From positions 1 to 25,296 of the IMG/VR virus record IMGVR_UViG_3300042822_000018: a DNA stretch of 25,296 bases. The stretch is one strand, 5' to 3'. This DNA comes from a virus. Taxonomy: Duplodnaviria > Caudoviricetes. Below are positions 1 through 8,503 of the stretch, one piece after another. Within the stretch, counting starts at the first letter, position 1. Each line of letters starts with the position of its first letter. A program made the translations under genes and the position numbers. The notes beneath the pieces were generated by a model that saw only the letters and a program-made list of their open reading frames with translations, did no database searches and was not told where the DNA came from.

Positions 1-26
1 GGTTGGCGTAAAAGCGCAGGTCAGAC

Positions 27-129
27 CCCGGACAGGGGCTGTCCGGGACATGTCCGTCGCCCCTCTCCCACGGCTGTCCGGACAGGGGGTGTGTCTACAG
101 ACACCCCCGACCGGGCAGGGCTGTCCGGG
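27..129. repeat. Cluster of GGACAG/CTGTCC inverted repeats and palindromes; candidate replication origin
   Basis: CCCGGACAG-GGG-CTGTCCGGG (27-47), GGACATGTCC (46-55), CTGTCCGGACAG (74-85), imperfect GGGGGTGTGTCT-AC-AGACACCCCC hairpin (85-108), CCGGGCAG-GG-CTGTCCGG (111-128). The origin role is inferred. Confidence 0.6.
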
Positions 130-150
130 TTGGTGGTTGAGAAGAAGAAA

Positions 151-180
151 TTGCCATTGAGTCTTAGGGGCGCTTAGAGT
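151..180 (+). promoter_or_regulatory. Housekeeping-sigma-like promoter, probably leaderless
   Basis: TTGCCA (151-156), 18 nt, TAGAGT (175-180), 8 nt to ATG at 189; no SD. Confidence 0.5.
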
Positions 181-188
181 CGCCAGCT

Positions 189-479
189 ATGACGACATCA
201 GCGCCAGACTTCGCGCCCGGATATCCGAGCCTCGGTGAACGCATCGGGCCGGCTTGGCAATCACTCTGGGATTCATTGCCGCCCGACGTCTGGGTCCGCG
301 GTCCAGACGTGGCGAACGTCGAGACCGCGCGTCTCGGGCTCGCCGTCTCGACGATCAAGAATCTGTTGCGCGGCGCGGCGAAAGCTGGGCACCTCGAGGT
401 CGAACTGCGGCTCGAGCCTCAGCGCAGTCGTCCGGACCGCATGGTGCAGTCGGCCTGGTATCGGCGACCGGCGGGATGA
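189..479 (+). CDS. Small hypothetical protein, possible winged-helix DNA-binding protein
   Basis: 96 aa; LGLAVSTIKNLLRGAAKAGHLEV resembles a wHTH recognition helix plus wing; ATGA overlap with next gene. Confidence 0.6.
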   Translation: MTTSAPDFAPGYPSLGERIGPAWQSLWDSLPPDVWVRGPDVANVETARLGLAVSTIKNLLRGAAKAGHLEVELRLEPQRSRPDRMVQSAWYRRPAG

Positions 480-712
480 TCGGCACCTGGGTGGCCGCGC
501 GGGTGCCTCTGGGCTCGGTTTACCCGTGCCGGTGCCATGAGGCCCGGGGGCGGGATTGCGGGAAGGACGAGCCCTGGGGATGCCCGTGCTGGGGCCGGTG
601 GGATCTGGCATCGGTCGGGGAAGGCTGCTGCGCTCGGCGCAACCTGCGGACGATCAACGGGCTGCGGGCGCAGGCCCTTCGACTACTTGACATGTCACTA
701 GGTCGTTCGTAG
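476..712 (+). CDS. Small Cys-rich hypothetical protein (78 aa)
   Basis: ATG476 overlaps upstream TGA; MIGTWVAARVPLGSVYPCRCH...GCPCWG...GCC, 7 Cys. Confidence 0.55.
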   Translation: MIGTWVAARVPLGSVYPCRCHEARGRDCGKDEPWGCPCWGRWDLASVGEGCCARRNLRTINGLRAQALRLLDMSLGRS

Positions 713-715
713 GGT
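684..715 (+). promoter_or_regulatory. Leaderless promoter with overlapping palindromic operator
   Basis: TTGACA (687-692), 17 nt, TAGGGT (710-715), 7 nt to ATG723; palindrome TGACATGTCA at 688-697; 19/20 identical to 8508-8527. Confidence 0.75.
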
Positions 716-722
716 TCAGGGC

Positions 723-941
723 ATGACCGGAGTTGGGGAGACGACGAGCATGAGCCTTTTGGACATCGAGCTGGACGTGGCCAAGCGCAGCCTGTGGTTG
801 GCCAGAGACCGCATGGACCGCTACCGCCTGGCGTTCGGGGAGGGCCGGGTTGAGCGCGACCTCGTCCGTCGCCTCGACGCCGCGCTGCGTCGGGTCCGGT
901 TTCTGGAGACGCAGGGCGCCGCGGCGCTGCTGGTGGCGTGA
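723..941 (+). CDS. Hypothetical helical protein (72 aa)
   Basis: ORF directly after the promoter; stop overlaps the methylase start. Confidence 0.65.
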   Translation: MTGVGETTSMSLLDIELDVAKRSLWLARDRMDRYRLAFGEGRVERDLVRRLDAALRRVRFLETQGAAALLVA

Positions 942-2014
942 TGCGCGCGGTGATCTACAACGGCGACTCGCTCGACGTCCTGGCCGGACTGGCCGATGGC
1001 CTCGTCGACTCGATCGTCACCGACCCGCCCTACGAGTTGGGCTTCATGGGCCGCACCTGGGACCGGTCCGGCATCGCCTACAACGTCGAGCTCTGGAAGC
1101 AGTGCCTGCGTGTACTCAAGCCCGGCGGGCACCTGCTGGCGTTCGGCGGGACGCGGACCTCGCATCGGATGGCCTGCGCCATCGAGGACGCCGGGTTCGA
1201 GATCCGCGATTCGATCGCGTGGCTGTACGGCTCCGGCTTCCCGAAGTCGTTGGACGTGTCGAAGGCGATCGACAAGGCGGCCTGTGCTGAGCGTGCAGTG
1301 ATCGGCGCTAATCCGAATCATCGGCCCATATCCGGCGTCGAATATGAGGGCATCTATCAAGGCGGAAACACTGGTGCATCGTCACTCACCGCCCCCGCGA
1401 CTGACGACGCGAAGCGCTGGGCCGGGTGGGGCACGGCACTGAAGCCGGCGCACGAGCCGATCGTGGTCGCCCGCAAGCCGCTGGTTGGGACCGTGGCCGC
1501 CAACGTCCTGGCGCACGGGACCGGGGCGCTCAACATCGACGCCTGCCGGGTGGCAGGTGACGTGCCGCGCACGGTGCAGGGTCAGAGCGGGAATCAGGGC
1601 ACGATCTACGGTTCCGATCAGCGCGACCAGCGCATCTTCGAGCCGCATGACGCTGGCCGCTGGCCGGCCAACGTGGTCCTGGACGAGATGGCTGCGGGCG
1701 AGCTCGACGAGCAGAGCGAGATTGCCTCGCGGTTCTTTCCAGTGTTCCGCTACCAGGCGAAGGCGCCGACGCGTGAGCGACCGAAGGTCGACGGGGTGGC
1801 GCATGCGACCGTGAAGCCGCTGGATCTGATGCGCTGGCTGGTGCGCCTGGTGACGCCGGCCGACGGGATCGTGCTTGAGCCGTTCGCCGGGTCCGGCACG
1901 ACGGTCGAGGCGTGCGTGGCCGAGGGCATGCGCTGCATCGGCATCGAGCGCGAGGCGACGTACCTGCCGCTCATCGCCGAGCGTATGGCGCGTGCGGGCC
2001 TGGTGGCGCTGTGA
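941..2014 (+). CDS. DNA amino-methyltransferase (N6-adenine/N4-cytosine, beta-class order)
   Basis: Catalytic VTDPPY near N-terminus, RVLKPGG, HATVKP, SAM-binding VLEPFAGSGTT near C-terminus; alternative start GTG938. Confidence 0.93.
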   Translation: MRAVIYNGDSLDVLAGLADGLVDSIVTDPPYELGFMGRTWDRSGIAYNVELWKQCLRVLKPGGHLLAFGGTRTSHRMACAIEDAGFEIRDSIAWLYGSGFPKSLDVSKAIDKAACAERAVIGANPNHRPISGVEYEGIYQGGNTGASSLTAPATDDAKRWAGWGTALKPAHEPIVVARKPLVGTVAANVLAHGTGALNIDACRVAGDVPRTVQGQSGNQGTIYGSDQRDQRIFEPHDAGRWPANVVLDEMAAGELDEQSEIASRFFPVFRYQAKAPTRERPKVDGVAHATVKPLDLMRWLVRLVTPADGIVLEPFAGSGTTVEACVAEGMRCIGIEREATYLPLIAERMARAGLVAL

Positions 2015-3756
2015 GCGCTCAGATGTTGTCGCTCCGGCCCTACCAGGCCGAGGGCGTGGACGCCGTGTTCACGGCGCTGGGGCGCGGGATGCGTCGGCCG
2101 GCGGTTGTGTGGCCGACGGGGGCCGGCAAGACCGTGGGCTTCGCGCACATCGCCCGTCGCTGGCGGGCGCAGCGCCCGGATACCCGGGTGCTGGTGCTGG
2201 CCCACACCACCGAGCTCGTCGACCAGGCCATCGCCAAAATGCGCTCGGTCGCTCCGGGCGAACGGGTCGGCCGTGTCCAGGGCAACACCAACGAGACCCT
2301 GGCCCGGATCGTGTGCGCCTCGGTGCAGACTCTGCGCTCGGAGAACCGCCGGCGGATGATCCGCGACGTTGGCCTGATCATCGTGGACGAGTGCCATCAC
2401 GCCGTGGCCTCGACGTACCTGCAGGTGCTCGAGCATTACGGGGCCATGGGGAGCGTGGCGGCCGACGAGGGGGCAGTGGCCGTCGGGTTCACGGCCACGA
2501 TGATGCGCGGCGACGACAAGGCGCTCGGCGCGGTCTGGCAGGACATCGTCCACCAGGTCTCGATCAGCGACATGATCGGCATGGGCTTCCTGGTCCGACC
2601 GCGCGGGCTGCATGTCGAAGTCGATGATCTGGACCTCTCGCAGGTGCGCACCATGGGCCGCGGCGGCGACTACCGCGAAGGCGACCTCGGGCAGGCCATC
2701 GAAGACTCGCTCGCCCCGCAGGCCATCGCGAAGGCGGTAGCCGAGCACGCCCCGGACCGCAAGCTCATCCTGTTCGCGCCGACGGTCTCGTCGGCGTCGG
2801 TCATCGCGGACGCCCTGAACGCCTCAGGACGGCCTACGGGGCTCGTGCATGGGGGAATGGCCGCAGGGGAGCGAAAGTCCGTCCTGGACGCGTACAGGGC
2901 GCGGGAGACGCCAATCCTGGCCAACTGTCAGCTGGCCACCGAGGGGTTCGACGATCCGGAGACCGACGGGGTGGTCATCGCCCGGCCGACCCGCTCGCCG
3001 GTGCTGTACCGCCAGATGGCCGGCCGGGCGCTGCGCCCGTGGCCGGGCAAGACCGACGCGCTGCTGCTCGACGTGGTGGGCGCGACGAAGGCCCATTCGC
3101 TGGTGTCCGGGGTCGAACTGTTCGGCGAGACGCCCGACGACACGCCGAAGAAGAAGCCACTCGATGCGGACATTCTGGAAATTGGACTGGAAGATCCAGA
3201 TGAATTGGCCCCGGGGCAGCAGGACGCCCGGGCGGCGTTGCTGGCGGGTCGCGACGGCAAGCTCATCGCGACCGAGGTTGACCTGTTCGCCGGCTCGTCG
3301 ATGGCGTGGCTGCGGACCCGGGCCGGCGTGTTCTTCATCGAGGCCGGCGAGCGGTACCTGATGATCGTGCCCGGGGCGCCCAAGCGGGCCGACCAGTGGC
3401 TGACCCATTTCTCGGGCGGTGCAGGCGGGCCTGGGCGGTTCGGCTTCGACGTGGTGTCGGTGAGCAAGACCGGACCGGTGGCCATGCGTCAGGTGGTCGG
3501 CGGGGTCGAGGATCTGGCGTACGCGATGGCCTGGGCCGAGGGCGACGTGACCGCATCGGAGAAGGCGACGGCGACCAAGGAACGGGCGTGGCGGGCCCGG
3601 CCGCCGACGCCGAAGCTGGTAGCCCTGGCCGAGCGTCTACGGGTCTACGTCCCGCCGGGCGCCCGCATGGGCGAGGTCTCCAACATGGTCAGTCTGGTGC
3701 TGGCCAGCAAGCGTATCGACCCGTTGCTCGGGTCGTGGACGATGAAAGGGAAATGA
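2011..3756 (+). CDS. Superfamily 2 DExH helicase (Irc3/RadD-like)
   Basis: LRPYQ, Walker A PTGAGKT, DECHH, GFTAT, EGFDDP, QMAGRALR; GTG2011 overlaps the methylase stop. Confidence 0.93.
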   Translation: MSAQMLSLRPYQAEGVDAVFTALGRGMRRPAVVWPTGAGKTVGFAHIARRWRAQRPDTRVLVLAHTTELVDQAIAKMRSVAPGERVGRVQGNTNETLARIVCASVQTLRSENRRRMIRDVGLIIVDECHHAVASTYLQVLEHYGAMGSVAADEGAVAVGFTATMMRGDDKALGAVWQDIVHQVSISDMIGMGFLVRPRGLHVEVDDLDLSQVRTMGRGGDYREGDLGQAIEDSLAPQAIAKAVAEHAPDRKLILFAPTVSSASVIADALNASGRPTGLVHGGMAAGERKSVLDAYRARETPILANCQLATEGFDDPETDGVVIARPTRSPVLYRQMAGRALRPWPGKTDALLLDVVGATKAHSLVSGVELFGETPDDTPKKKPLDADILEIGLEDPDELAPGQQDARAALLAGRDGKLIATEVDLFAGSSMAWLRTRAGVFFIEAGERYLMIVPGAPKRADQWLTHFSGGAGGPGRFGFDVVSVSKTGPVAMRQVVGGVEDLAYAMAWAEGDVTASEKATATKERAWRARPPTPKLVALAERLRVYVPPGARMGEVSNMVSLVLASKRIDPLLGSWTMKGK

Positions 3757-3869
3757 TCATGTCGAGTCACCGACCAAACCCGCAGAAGCCACCGCCGCCG
3801 ATGCGCCCGCAGCCCAAGCCGTTGCCGCCGCAGCCCCGCCCGACGCCGCACCCGGTGAAGCCCCGATGA
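3753..3869 (+). CDS. 38-aa proline-rich basic peptide
   Basis: SD-like GAAAGGGA; ATGA overlaps at both ends; MIMSSHRPNPQKPPPPMRPQPKPLPPQPRPTPHPVKPR (alternative ATG3759). Confidence 0.55.
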   Translation: MIMSSHRPNPQKPPPPMRPQPKPLPPQPRPTPHPVKPR

Positions 3870-3970
3870 TCAGCGAGCGGACGTGGGTGGTGGTCACCGC
3901 GTCTGGGATTCTGATGATCCTGGGCGCGGCCGCGGCGATGTGGGGGGCGGTGCTCGGTCATGCCGGCTGA
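3866..3970 (+). CDS. 34-aa single-pass membrane peptide
   Basis: MISERTWVVVTASGILMILGAAAAMWGAVLGHAG; ATGA-coupled; below the ORF-track cutoff. Confidence 0.5.
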   Translation: MISERTWVVVTASGILMILGAAAAMWGAVLGHAG

Positions 3971-4274
3971 GGACGCAGCGGAGCACCGGCGCAAGGGCGA
4001 CGAGGCGCTGGCGGAAGCGCACGCGACCATCGATCGCGATGAGGGAAGCACGATGGTTCTGACTGCCGTGGTGCAGGCCCTGGCCGCCCTCGCCCAGGCG
4101 CACTACGCAGCGGCCAGCGTTCCGGACCGTCGCGGCTCCGGCGAGTTGCGCACGAACATGCCGTACACGCTTCCGGGCGTCGAGGGCCGATGGGAGATCC
4201 GCGGCATGACGACGGAGAACTTCGGCGCCACGGGGAATGTCGAGCTGCGGTTGTACCGGGTCGAGGGCTCGTGA
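3960..4274 (+). CDS. Hypothetical protein
   Basis: 104-aa ORF that fits the operon; GTGA overlap with rusA. Confidence 0.6.
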   Translation: MPAEDAAEHRRKGDEALAEAHATIDRDEGSTMVLTAVVQALAALAQAHYAAASVPDRRGSGELRTNMPYTLPGVEGRWEIRGMTTENFGATGNVELRLYRVEGS

Positions 4275-4678
4275 GCATTCAGGGAGTCGAGGTGCTGAAC
4301 TTCTGGGTGTCCGGCCCGCCGAAGACCAAGGGGTCGCTGGACGTGGTCAACTCTGGCCGTGCCGGCGGCCGCCCGGTCCTGCAGGACTCGCCGGCGTCGA
4401 AGCGCTGGCGCAAGCTGGTGGCGTACTGCGCCGAGCAGGAGATGCGCGGCGTGACGCAGGCGTGGCCACTGGATGGGCCGGTGGCGGTCGACCTGGAGTT
4501 CGTGCTGTCCGGGGATCCGGTCGCGGTCCGGTCTGGGGACCTGGACAAGCTCTATCGCAACGTGCTGGACGCGCTGACCGACGCCGGGGTGTACGAGGAC
4601 GACGTGCAGGTGGTGCGCCTGTCCGGCTCGAAGGTGGGCGACGGCGACCCCGGCGTCCGAGTCAGGGTAGTGATCTGA
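4271..4678 (+). CDS. rusA: RusA-family Holliday junction resolvase
   Basis: GPPKTKGS N-terminal motif and GDLDKLYRNVLDALTDAGVYEDDVQVVRL catalytic Asp signature. Confidence 0.9.
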   Translation: MSIQGVEVLNFWVSGPPKTKGSLDVVNSGRAGGRPVLQDSPASKRWRKLVAYCAEQEMRGVTQAWPLDGPVAVDLEFVLSGDPVAVRSGDLDKLYRNVLDALTDAGVYEDDVQVVRLSGSKVGDGDPGVRVRVVI

Positions 4679-4679
4679 G

Positions 4680-5141
4680 GTGAGCCTCACTGTGGTGCCG
4701 GTGACGTTCAGGCAGGCATGCGCGTTCGTGACCGAGTTGCATCGACATAACAAGGCGCCCCGAGGTCACAAATTCTCGGTCGGATTGTCGAACGGGGAGC
4801 GCCTTGTCGGGGTGGCCATGGCGGGGCGGCCGGTGGCTCGAGTGCTGGATGATGGACTGACGGTGGAGATCAACAGAACGTGCACCGATGGCACGCCAAA
4901 CGCCAATTCGATGCTCTACGGGGCGGCGTGGCGCGCAGCCAAGGCGATGGGTTACCGCAGGGGCGTGACTTACACGCAGGCCGAGGAGTCTGGCGCATCT
5001 CTACGCGCGGCTGGCTGGAAATGCGTTGCCGATCTCGCGCCGCGAGGGTCCTGGAAAGAGTCCAGCGTGGCGCTGGCCGAGCTGCGCGATGATGTGGGGA
5101 ACGGCGGCGTTGCTCGCTGTCGCTGGGAGATTCTGGCATGA
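4680..5141 (+). CDS. XF1762-family protein (Mom-like GNAT fold, putative DNA modification)
   Basis: HRHNKAPRGHKFSVG, GRPVARVLDDG, EINRTCTDGTPNANSMLYGAAWRAAKAMGY, TYT..EESGASLRAAGW. Confidence 0.8.
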   Translation: MSLTVVPVTFRQACAFVTELHRHNKAPRGHKFSVGLSNGERLVGVAMAGRPVARVLDDGLTVEINRTCTDGTPNANSMLYGAAWRAAKAMGYRRGVTYTQAEESGASLRAAGWKCVADLAPRGSWKESSVALAELRDDVGNGGVARCRWEILA

Positions 5142-5794
5142 CGTTGCGTCCTGAGCAGTGGCTGGCGGAGTTCGCCCGCCGCGACGACGCCTGGCGGGCG
5201 GAGCGCGGCGAGTATCACCGCGTGGTCGGCGAGAAGATCCGCGCTGACCTTCATCCGCCGGCCAAGGTGGCGCCGGCCCCGATCGTGTTGGAGCCAGGAC
5301 ATGAGATTGATTCGAGTGCTAGCGACGCTGGAGTACCCAGCGCGGTTCGGCGCGTCGAATCCGTGGCGCTTTCATCGGGGTGGAGTACGCGCGTGGTCGC
5401 GTCGCTGGCGGCAATACCGCGTACAGGACTCCTCGCGGTCGTGACGGTGCGCTGCGCTCGGCATGACGAGCGGCTGTGGGCGGCGTGGTGGAACGGGTCG
5501 TTTGATACCGGCCAGTACCTGCGGGCCGGCGGCCAGGTCGAGAGGCTGGGCGCTGAGCGGATGTCGCTGGCACCGCTGGCGGTGACGCAGGTCGAGGCCA
5601 TGACGGTCGGCCAGATCAAGACGCTGGCTGCCGAGCGCGGCATCAAGATCCCCTCAAAGTACGCGAAGCCTGCGGTGATCGAGTACGTCAAGATGCAGGG
5701 CCTGGTGGCGTCCATGCCGCCGCCGCGTGTGCGTGGTGTCCTGGACGCCATCGAGGGCCTACACTTGGCGCGTCACTTGGTCACGGCGCTTTGA
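5138..5794 (+). CDS. Hypothetical protein with Rho-N/HeH-like helical domain
   Basis: MTVGQIKTLAAERGIKIPSKYAKPAVIEYV; ATGA-coupled. Confidence 0.65.
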   Translation: MTLRPEQWLAEFARRDDAWRAERGEYHRVVGEKIRADLHPPAKVAPAPIVLEPGHEIDSSASDAGVPSAVRRVESVALSSGWSTRVVASLAAIPRTGLLAVVTVRCARHDERLWAAWWNGSFDTGQYLRAGGQVERLGAERMSLAPLAVTQVEAMTVGQIKTLAAERGIKIPSKYAKPAVIEYVKMQGLVASMPPPRVRGVLDAIEGLHLARHLVTAL

Positions 5795-5807
5795 TGATCG
5801 GGATGTA

Positions 5808-6506
5808 ATGCCCGACTTGATGGGGATTGGGGGCATAGTGAGTTCTCAGGCCCTGCGTCCGACGCCCATCCCGAAGGTGCGCGGCCCGCTGTTCTGCGGT
5901 GCCGCCCTCTCGTCTGGACGGGAGGGCACCTGTCGTCAGCCGTCGGGAAAGCGCACGTCGCACCCCGGCTGGGGGCGGTGCTGGAAGCACGGCGGGGCGA
6001 CGGAATCGCACATCGAGGCCGCGGCCATGGCCCAGGCCCAGGCCACCGCGCAACTGTTCGGCGTGCCGCGCGAGGTCGACCCCATCACCGGCATGCTCGA
6101 GGCCTACCACCAGACCATGGGCATCCTGGACGCCGTCGAGGCCATGTGCATGCAGCTGCTGCCGGCCGAGGTGGTCTGGGGCGTCGTCAAGGAGAAGCGC
6201 GTCGGTGAAGGTGAGGGAGGTGGCGACGATGCGGAAGGGCTGACGCCAGTCGAGCGCGAGTACGCGCCCGGCGTGCATATCTGGGTGAAGCTGCTCGAGG
6301 CCTGGCACGACCGCGCGTTCACCGAGGCCGAGCGCATCCTGAAGCTGGACCTGGACTCGCGTCGCGTCGAGCTGTCCCAGGGCCACGTGGCCGCCATGGT
6401 CACCGTCCTGCTCTCGCCGGACCTGGCCCTGTCCGACGATCAGCGGCGGGCGGCGGCGCGCATCCTGCGCGGCATGGATCAGCAGCGGACGATTGAGAGT
6501 GCGTGA
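5808..6506 (+). CDS. Probable terminase small subunit (HGGxSTG-like Cys/His N-terminal domain)
   Basis: CGAALSSGREGTCRQ...GRCWKHGGAT followed by a helical region; upstream of terL; start could be GTG5838. Confidence 0.6.
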   Translation: MPDLMGIGGIVSSQALRPTPIPKVRGPLFCGAALSSGREGTCRQPSGKRTSHPGWGRCWKHGGATESHIEAAAMAQAQATAQLFGVPREVDPITGMLEAYHQTMGILDAVEAMCMQLLPAEVVWGVVKEKRVGEGEGGGDDAEGLTPVEREYAPGVHIWVKLLEAWHDRAFTEAERILKLDLDSRRVELSQGHVAAMVTVLLSPDLALSDDQRRAAARILRGMDQQRTIESA

Positions 6507-6546
6507 CCGGTCACGTGTTGACTCTCTTTGATCGGTGCCTCATCTT
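6502..6546 (+). promoter_or_regulatory. 14-bp palindrome plus leaderless promoter of the XRE gene
   Basis: CGTGACCGGTCACG (6502-6515); TTGACT (6518-6523), 17 nt, CATCTT (6541-6546), 6 nt to ATG6553. Confidence 0.55.
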
Positions 6547-6552
6547 CAACTC

Positions 6553-6807
6553 ATGGCTGACTCAGCGCTGAACTACCTTCGCCAACGGATCAGGGAAAAC
6601 GACAGCCTCCCCGAGGGGGCGCGCTGCCGCGAACTCCGGGAAGCTTGCGGCCTGACGGTGGCCGATATGGCCACGGCCATGGATGTGACCGGTGCGGCAA
6701 TCCGCCAGTGGGAGCGCGGAGAGCGCACGCCACGTGGCGCCCTGCGCGCTCAATGGATCGAGGTCATGCGCGGCCTGGAGCGTGAGATCTCTGCGCGTTC
6801 CGAATGA
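6553..6807 (+). CDS. XRE/Cro-family HTH regulator
   Basis: RELREACGLTVADMATAMDVTGAAIRQWERGERTP. Confidence 0.88.
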   Translation: MADSALNYLRQRIRENDSLPEGARCRELREACGLTVADMATAMDVTGAAIRQWERGERTPRGALRAQWIEVMRGLEREISARSE

Positions 6808-8327
6808 CCGCAGGCGTCCTGGCGCAGGTGGCCGACGTCATCGACCCTGATGCCGTCGTCGAGCGCCCCGAGTTGGCCACCCCGACCACCCTGGCCGCCC
6901 ATCTCGACCCGCGCTATCAGGTCCGGGCCCACCTCACTCTGATCGGCGAAGAGCTCGTCAAGCTTGAGGCCGGCGACGAGTTCGACCGGCTGCTGCTCAA
7001 CACTCCGCCGCGCGTGGGGAAGACGAAGACCGCGGTTGAGTGGTTCTGTTTCTGGTGGCTGATCAAGCACCCGACCAGGCGCATCATCATCGGGTCCTAC
7101 GGCGACCAGCTGGCCCGCCGCGCCGGCAAGCACATCCGTGACCTGATCGAACGCCACGGCGCGCTGTACGGCCTGACCCTGCAGCGCGGCTCGGCCGCAG
7201 CCAACGACTGGGAGACCAGCGCCGGCGGCGGCGTCCGCTCGGTCGGTGTCGGGTCGGGCATCACCGGCCACGATGGCGACCTCATCATCATCGACGACCC
7301 GACCAAGTCCCGCGCCGAGGCTGAATCCGTGGCTAGGCGTGACGGCATCTGGGACTGGTACTCGGCCGACATCGGGTCCCGCGTCATGCCGGACACTCGA
7401 CTGTTGCTCGTGCAGACGCCCTGGCACCCGGACGACCTGCGCGCCCGGGTCGTACGCCAGGAAGGCCGGGTCGAAGACGGCGGGAAGTGGCATGTCGTCG
7501 TCATGGCCGCCCTGGCCGAAGACCCTGACGACCCGCTGGGCCGCGGCTTCGGCGAGCCTCTCCCGCATCCCCGCATCGCCGAGGGGGACACGAACCGGCT
7601 GGTCAAGTACTGGGAGCGGATGCGCTCGTCGCGGGGCGTGCGCGACTGGCGGGCCCTGTACCAGTGCGACCCGAAGGCGCCGCTGGGCCAGTTGGCCACG
7701 GCAGAGTTGCTGCGGGAGCGGCGGTGCTTCGAGTCGCGGTCATGCGGGGCGCCAGGGCGGACCGGGGTGGCCGTCGACCCGAGCGGCGGCGGGCGCGACG
7801 TGGCCGGCATCATCGGCGGGCACCTGGACGACGGGCAGCGCTGCGTGTTCACGCACGACCGGTCCGGGGTGATGGGCTCGGCGGAATGGGGCCGGGCCGC
7901 GTGTCAGTTGGCCGCCGAGATCGGGGCCGACTTCTTCGTCTTCGAACAGAACTACGGCGGGGACATGGCGGCGGTGGTGATCCGCACCGCCTGGGATGCC
8001 CTGCGCCGAGAGGATCCGGAGAAGTATTCCATGTTCGTGCCGATGATCAAGGCGGTCAGCGCGCGGAAGTCGAAGCTGCTGCGCGCCGAGCCGATCGGCC
8101 AGCAGTGGAAGGAAGACCGCTGTCGTACCGGGGCCTACCTGCCCGACCTCGAATCTGAGTGGACGACCTGGGCGCCGGGCGGGGATTCACCGGGGCGCAT
8201 CGACGCTTCGGTCTACCTGGCGTACGAGTTGCTGCCGCTGCCCAGCGCGGGCACGTCGTCGACCACGGGGGCCATGGATCTGGCCTCGGCCGACCTGCTG
8301 TCGGGTCGGGGCATGTGGGGCCGCTAG
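6804..8327 (+). CDS. terL: Terminase large subunit
   Basis: Walker A NTPPRVGKT, Walker B LIIIDDP, QTPWHPDDL, RNase H-like nuclease VAVDPS, FEQNYGG, SPGRIDA. Confidence 0.93.
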   Translation: MTAGVLAQVADVIDPDAVVERPELATPTTLAAHLDPRYQVRAHLTLIGEELVKLEAGDEFDRLLLNTPPRVGKTKTAVEWFCFWWLIKHPTRRIIIGSYGDQLARRAGKHIRDLIERHGALYGLTLQRGSAAANDWETSAGGGVRSVGVGSGITGHDGDLIIIDDPTKSRAEAESVARRDGIWDWYSADIGSRVMPDTRLLLVQTPWHPDDLRARVVRQEGRVEDGGKWHVVVMAALAEDPDDPLGRGFGEPLPHPRIAEGDTNRLVKYWERMRSSRGVRDWRALYQCDPKAPLGQLATAELLRERRCFESRSCGAPGRTGVAVDPSGGGRDVAGIIGGHLDDGQRCVFTHDRSGVMGSAEWGRAACQLAAEIGADFFVFEQNYGGDMAAVVIRTAWDALRREDPEKYSMFVPMIKAVSARKSKLLRAEPIGQQWKEDRCRTGAYLPDLESEWTTWAPGGDSPGRIDASVYLAYELLPLPSAGTSSTTGAMDLASADLLSGRGMWGR

Positions 8328-8497
8328 AGACGCCCGCCCGGGCTGCCGTCAACGACCACCAGCGTTGCGGTCAGCGCGAGAAGCGCCAGGATCAGGGCGA
8401 GAACCACCGCCCGCTTGCCCGGTGTCGGCACCCACGATTTGATGCAGCCGATCAGCACTGCGGTGATGAGCATGGTCGGTAGAGCCCAGATCGTCAT
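8324..8497 (-). CDS. 57-aa two-TM membrane protein on the opposite strand
   Basis: MTIWALPTMLITAVLIGCIKSWVPTPGKRAVVLALILALLALTATLVVVDGSPGGRL; fills the gap after terL; -10-like TACGCT 6 nt upstream. Confidence 0.7.
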   Translation of the reverse strand: MTIWALPTMLITAVLIGCIKSWVPTPGKRAVVLALILALLALTATLVVVDGSPGGRL

Positions 8498-8503
8498 GAC
8501 GTC

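Noticed and set aside
27-129. CRISPR array
   Set aside because: Repeats are short, inverted and irregularly spaced; no spacers or cas genes
1912-2010. N-terminal extension of helicase in the ORF track
   Set aside because: Overlaps the methylase by about 100 nt; GTG2011 gives normal coupling just before the Q motif
941-3756. Type III restriction-modification pair (Mod plus Res)
   Set aside because: Helicase shows no evident PD-(D/E)xK nuclease domain, and the context is a phage replication operon
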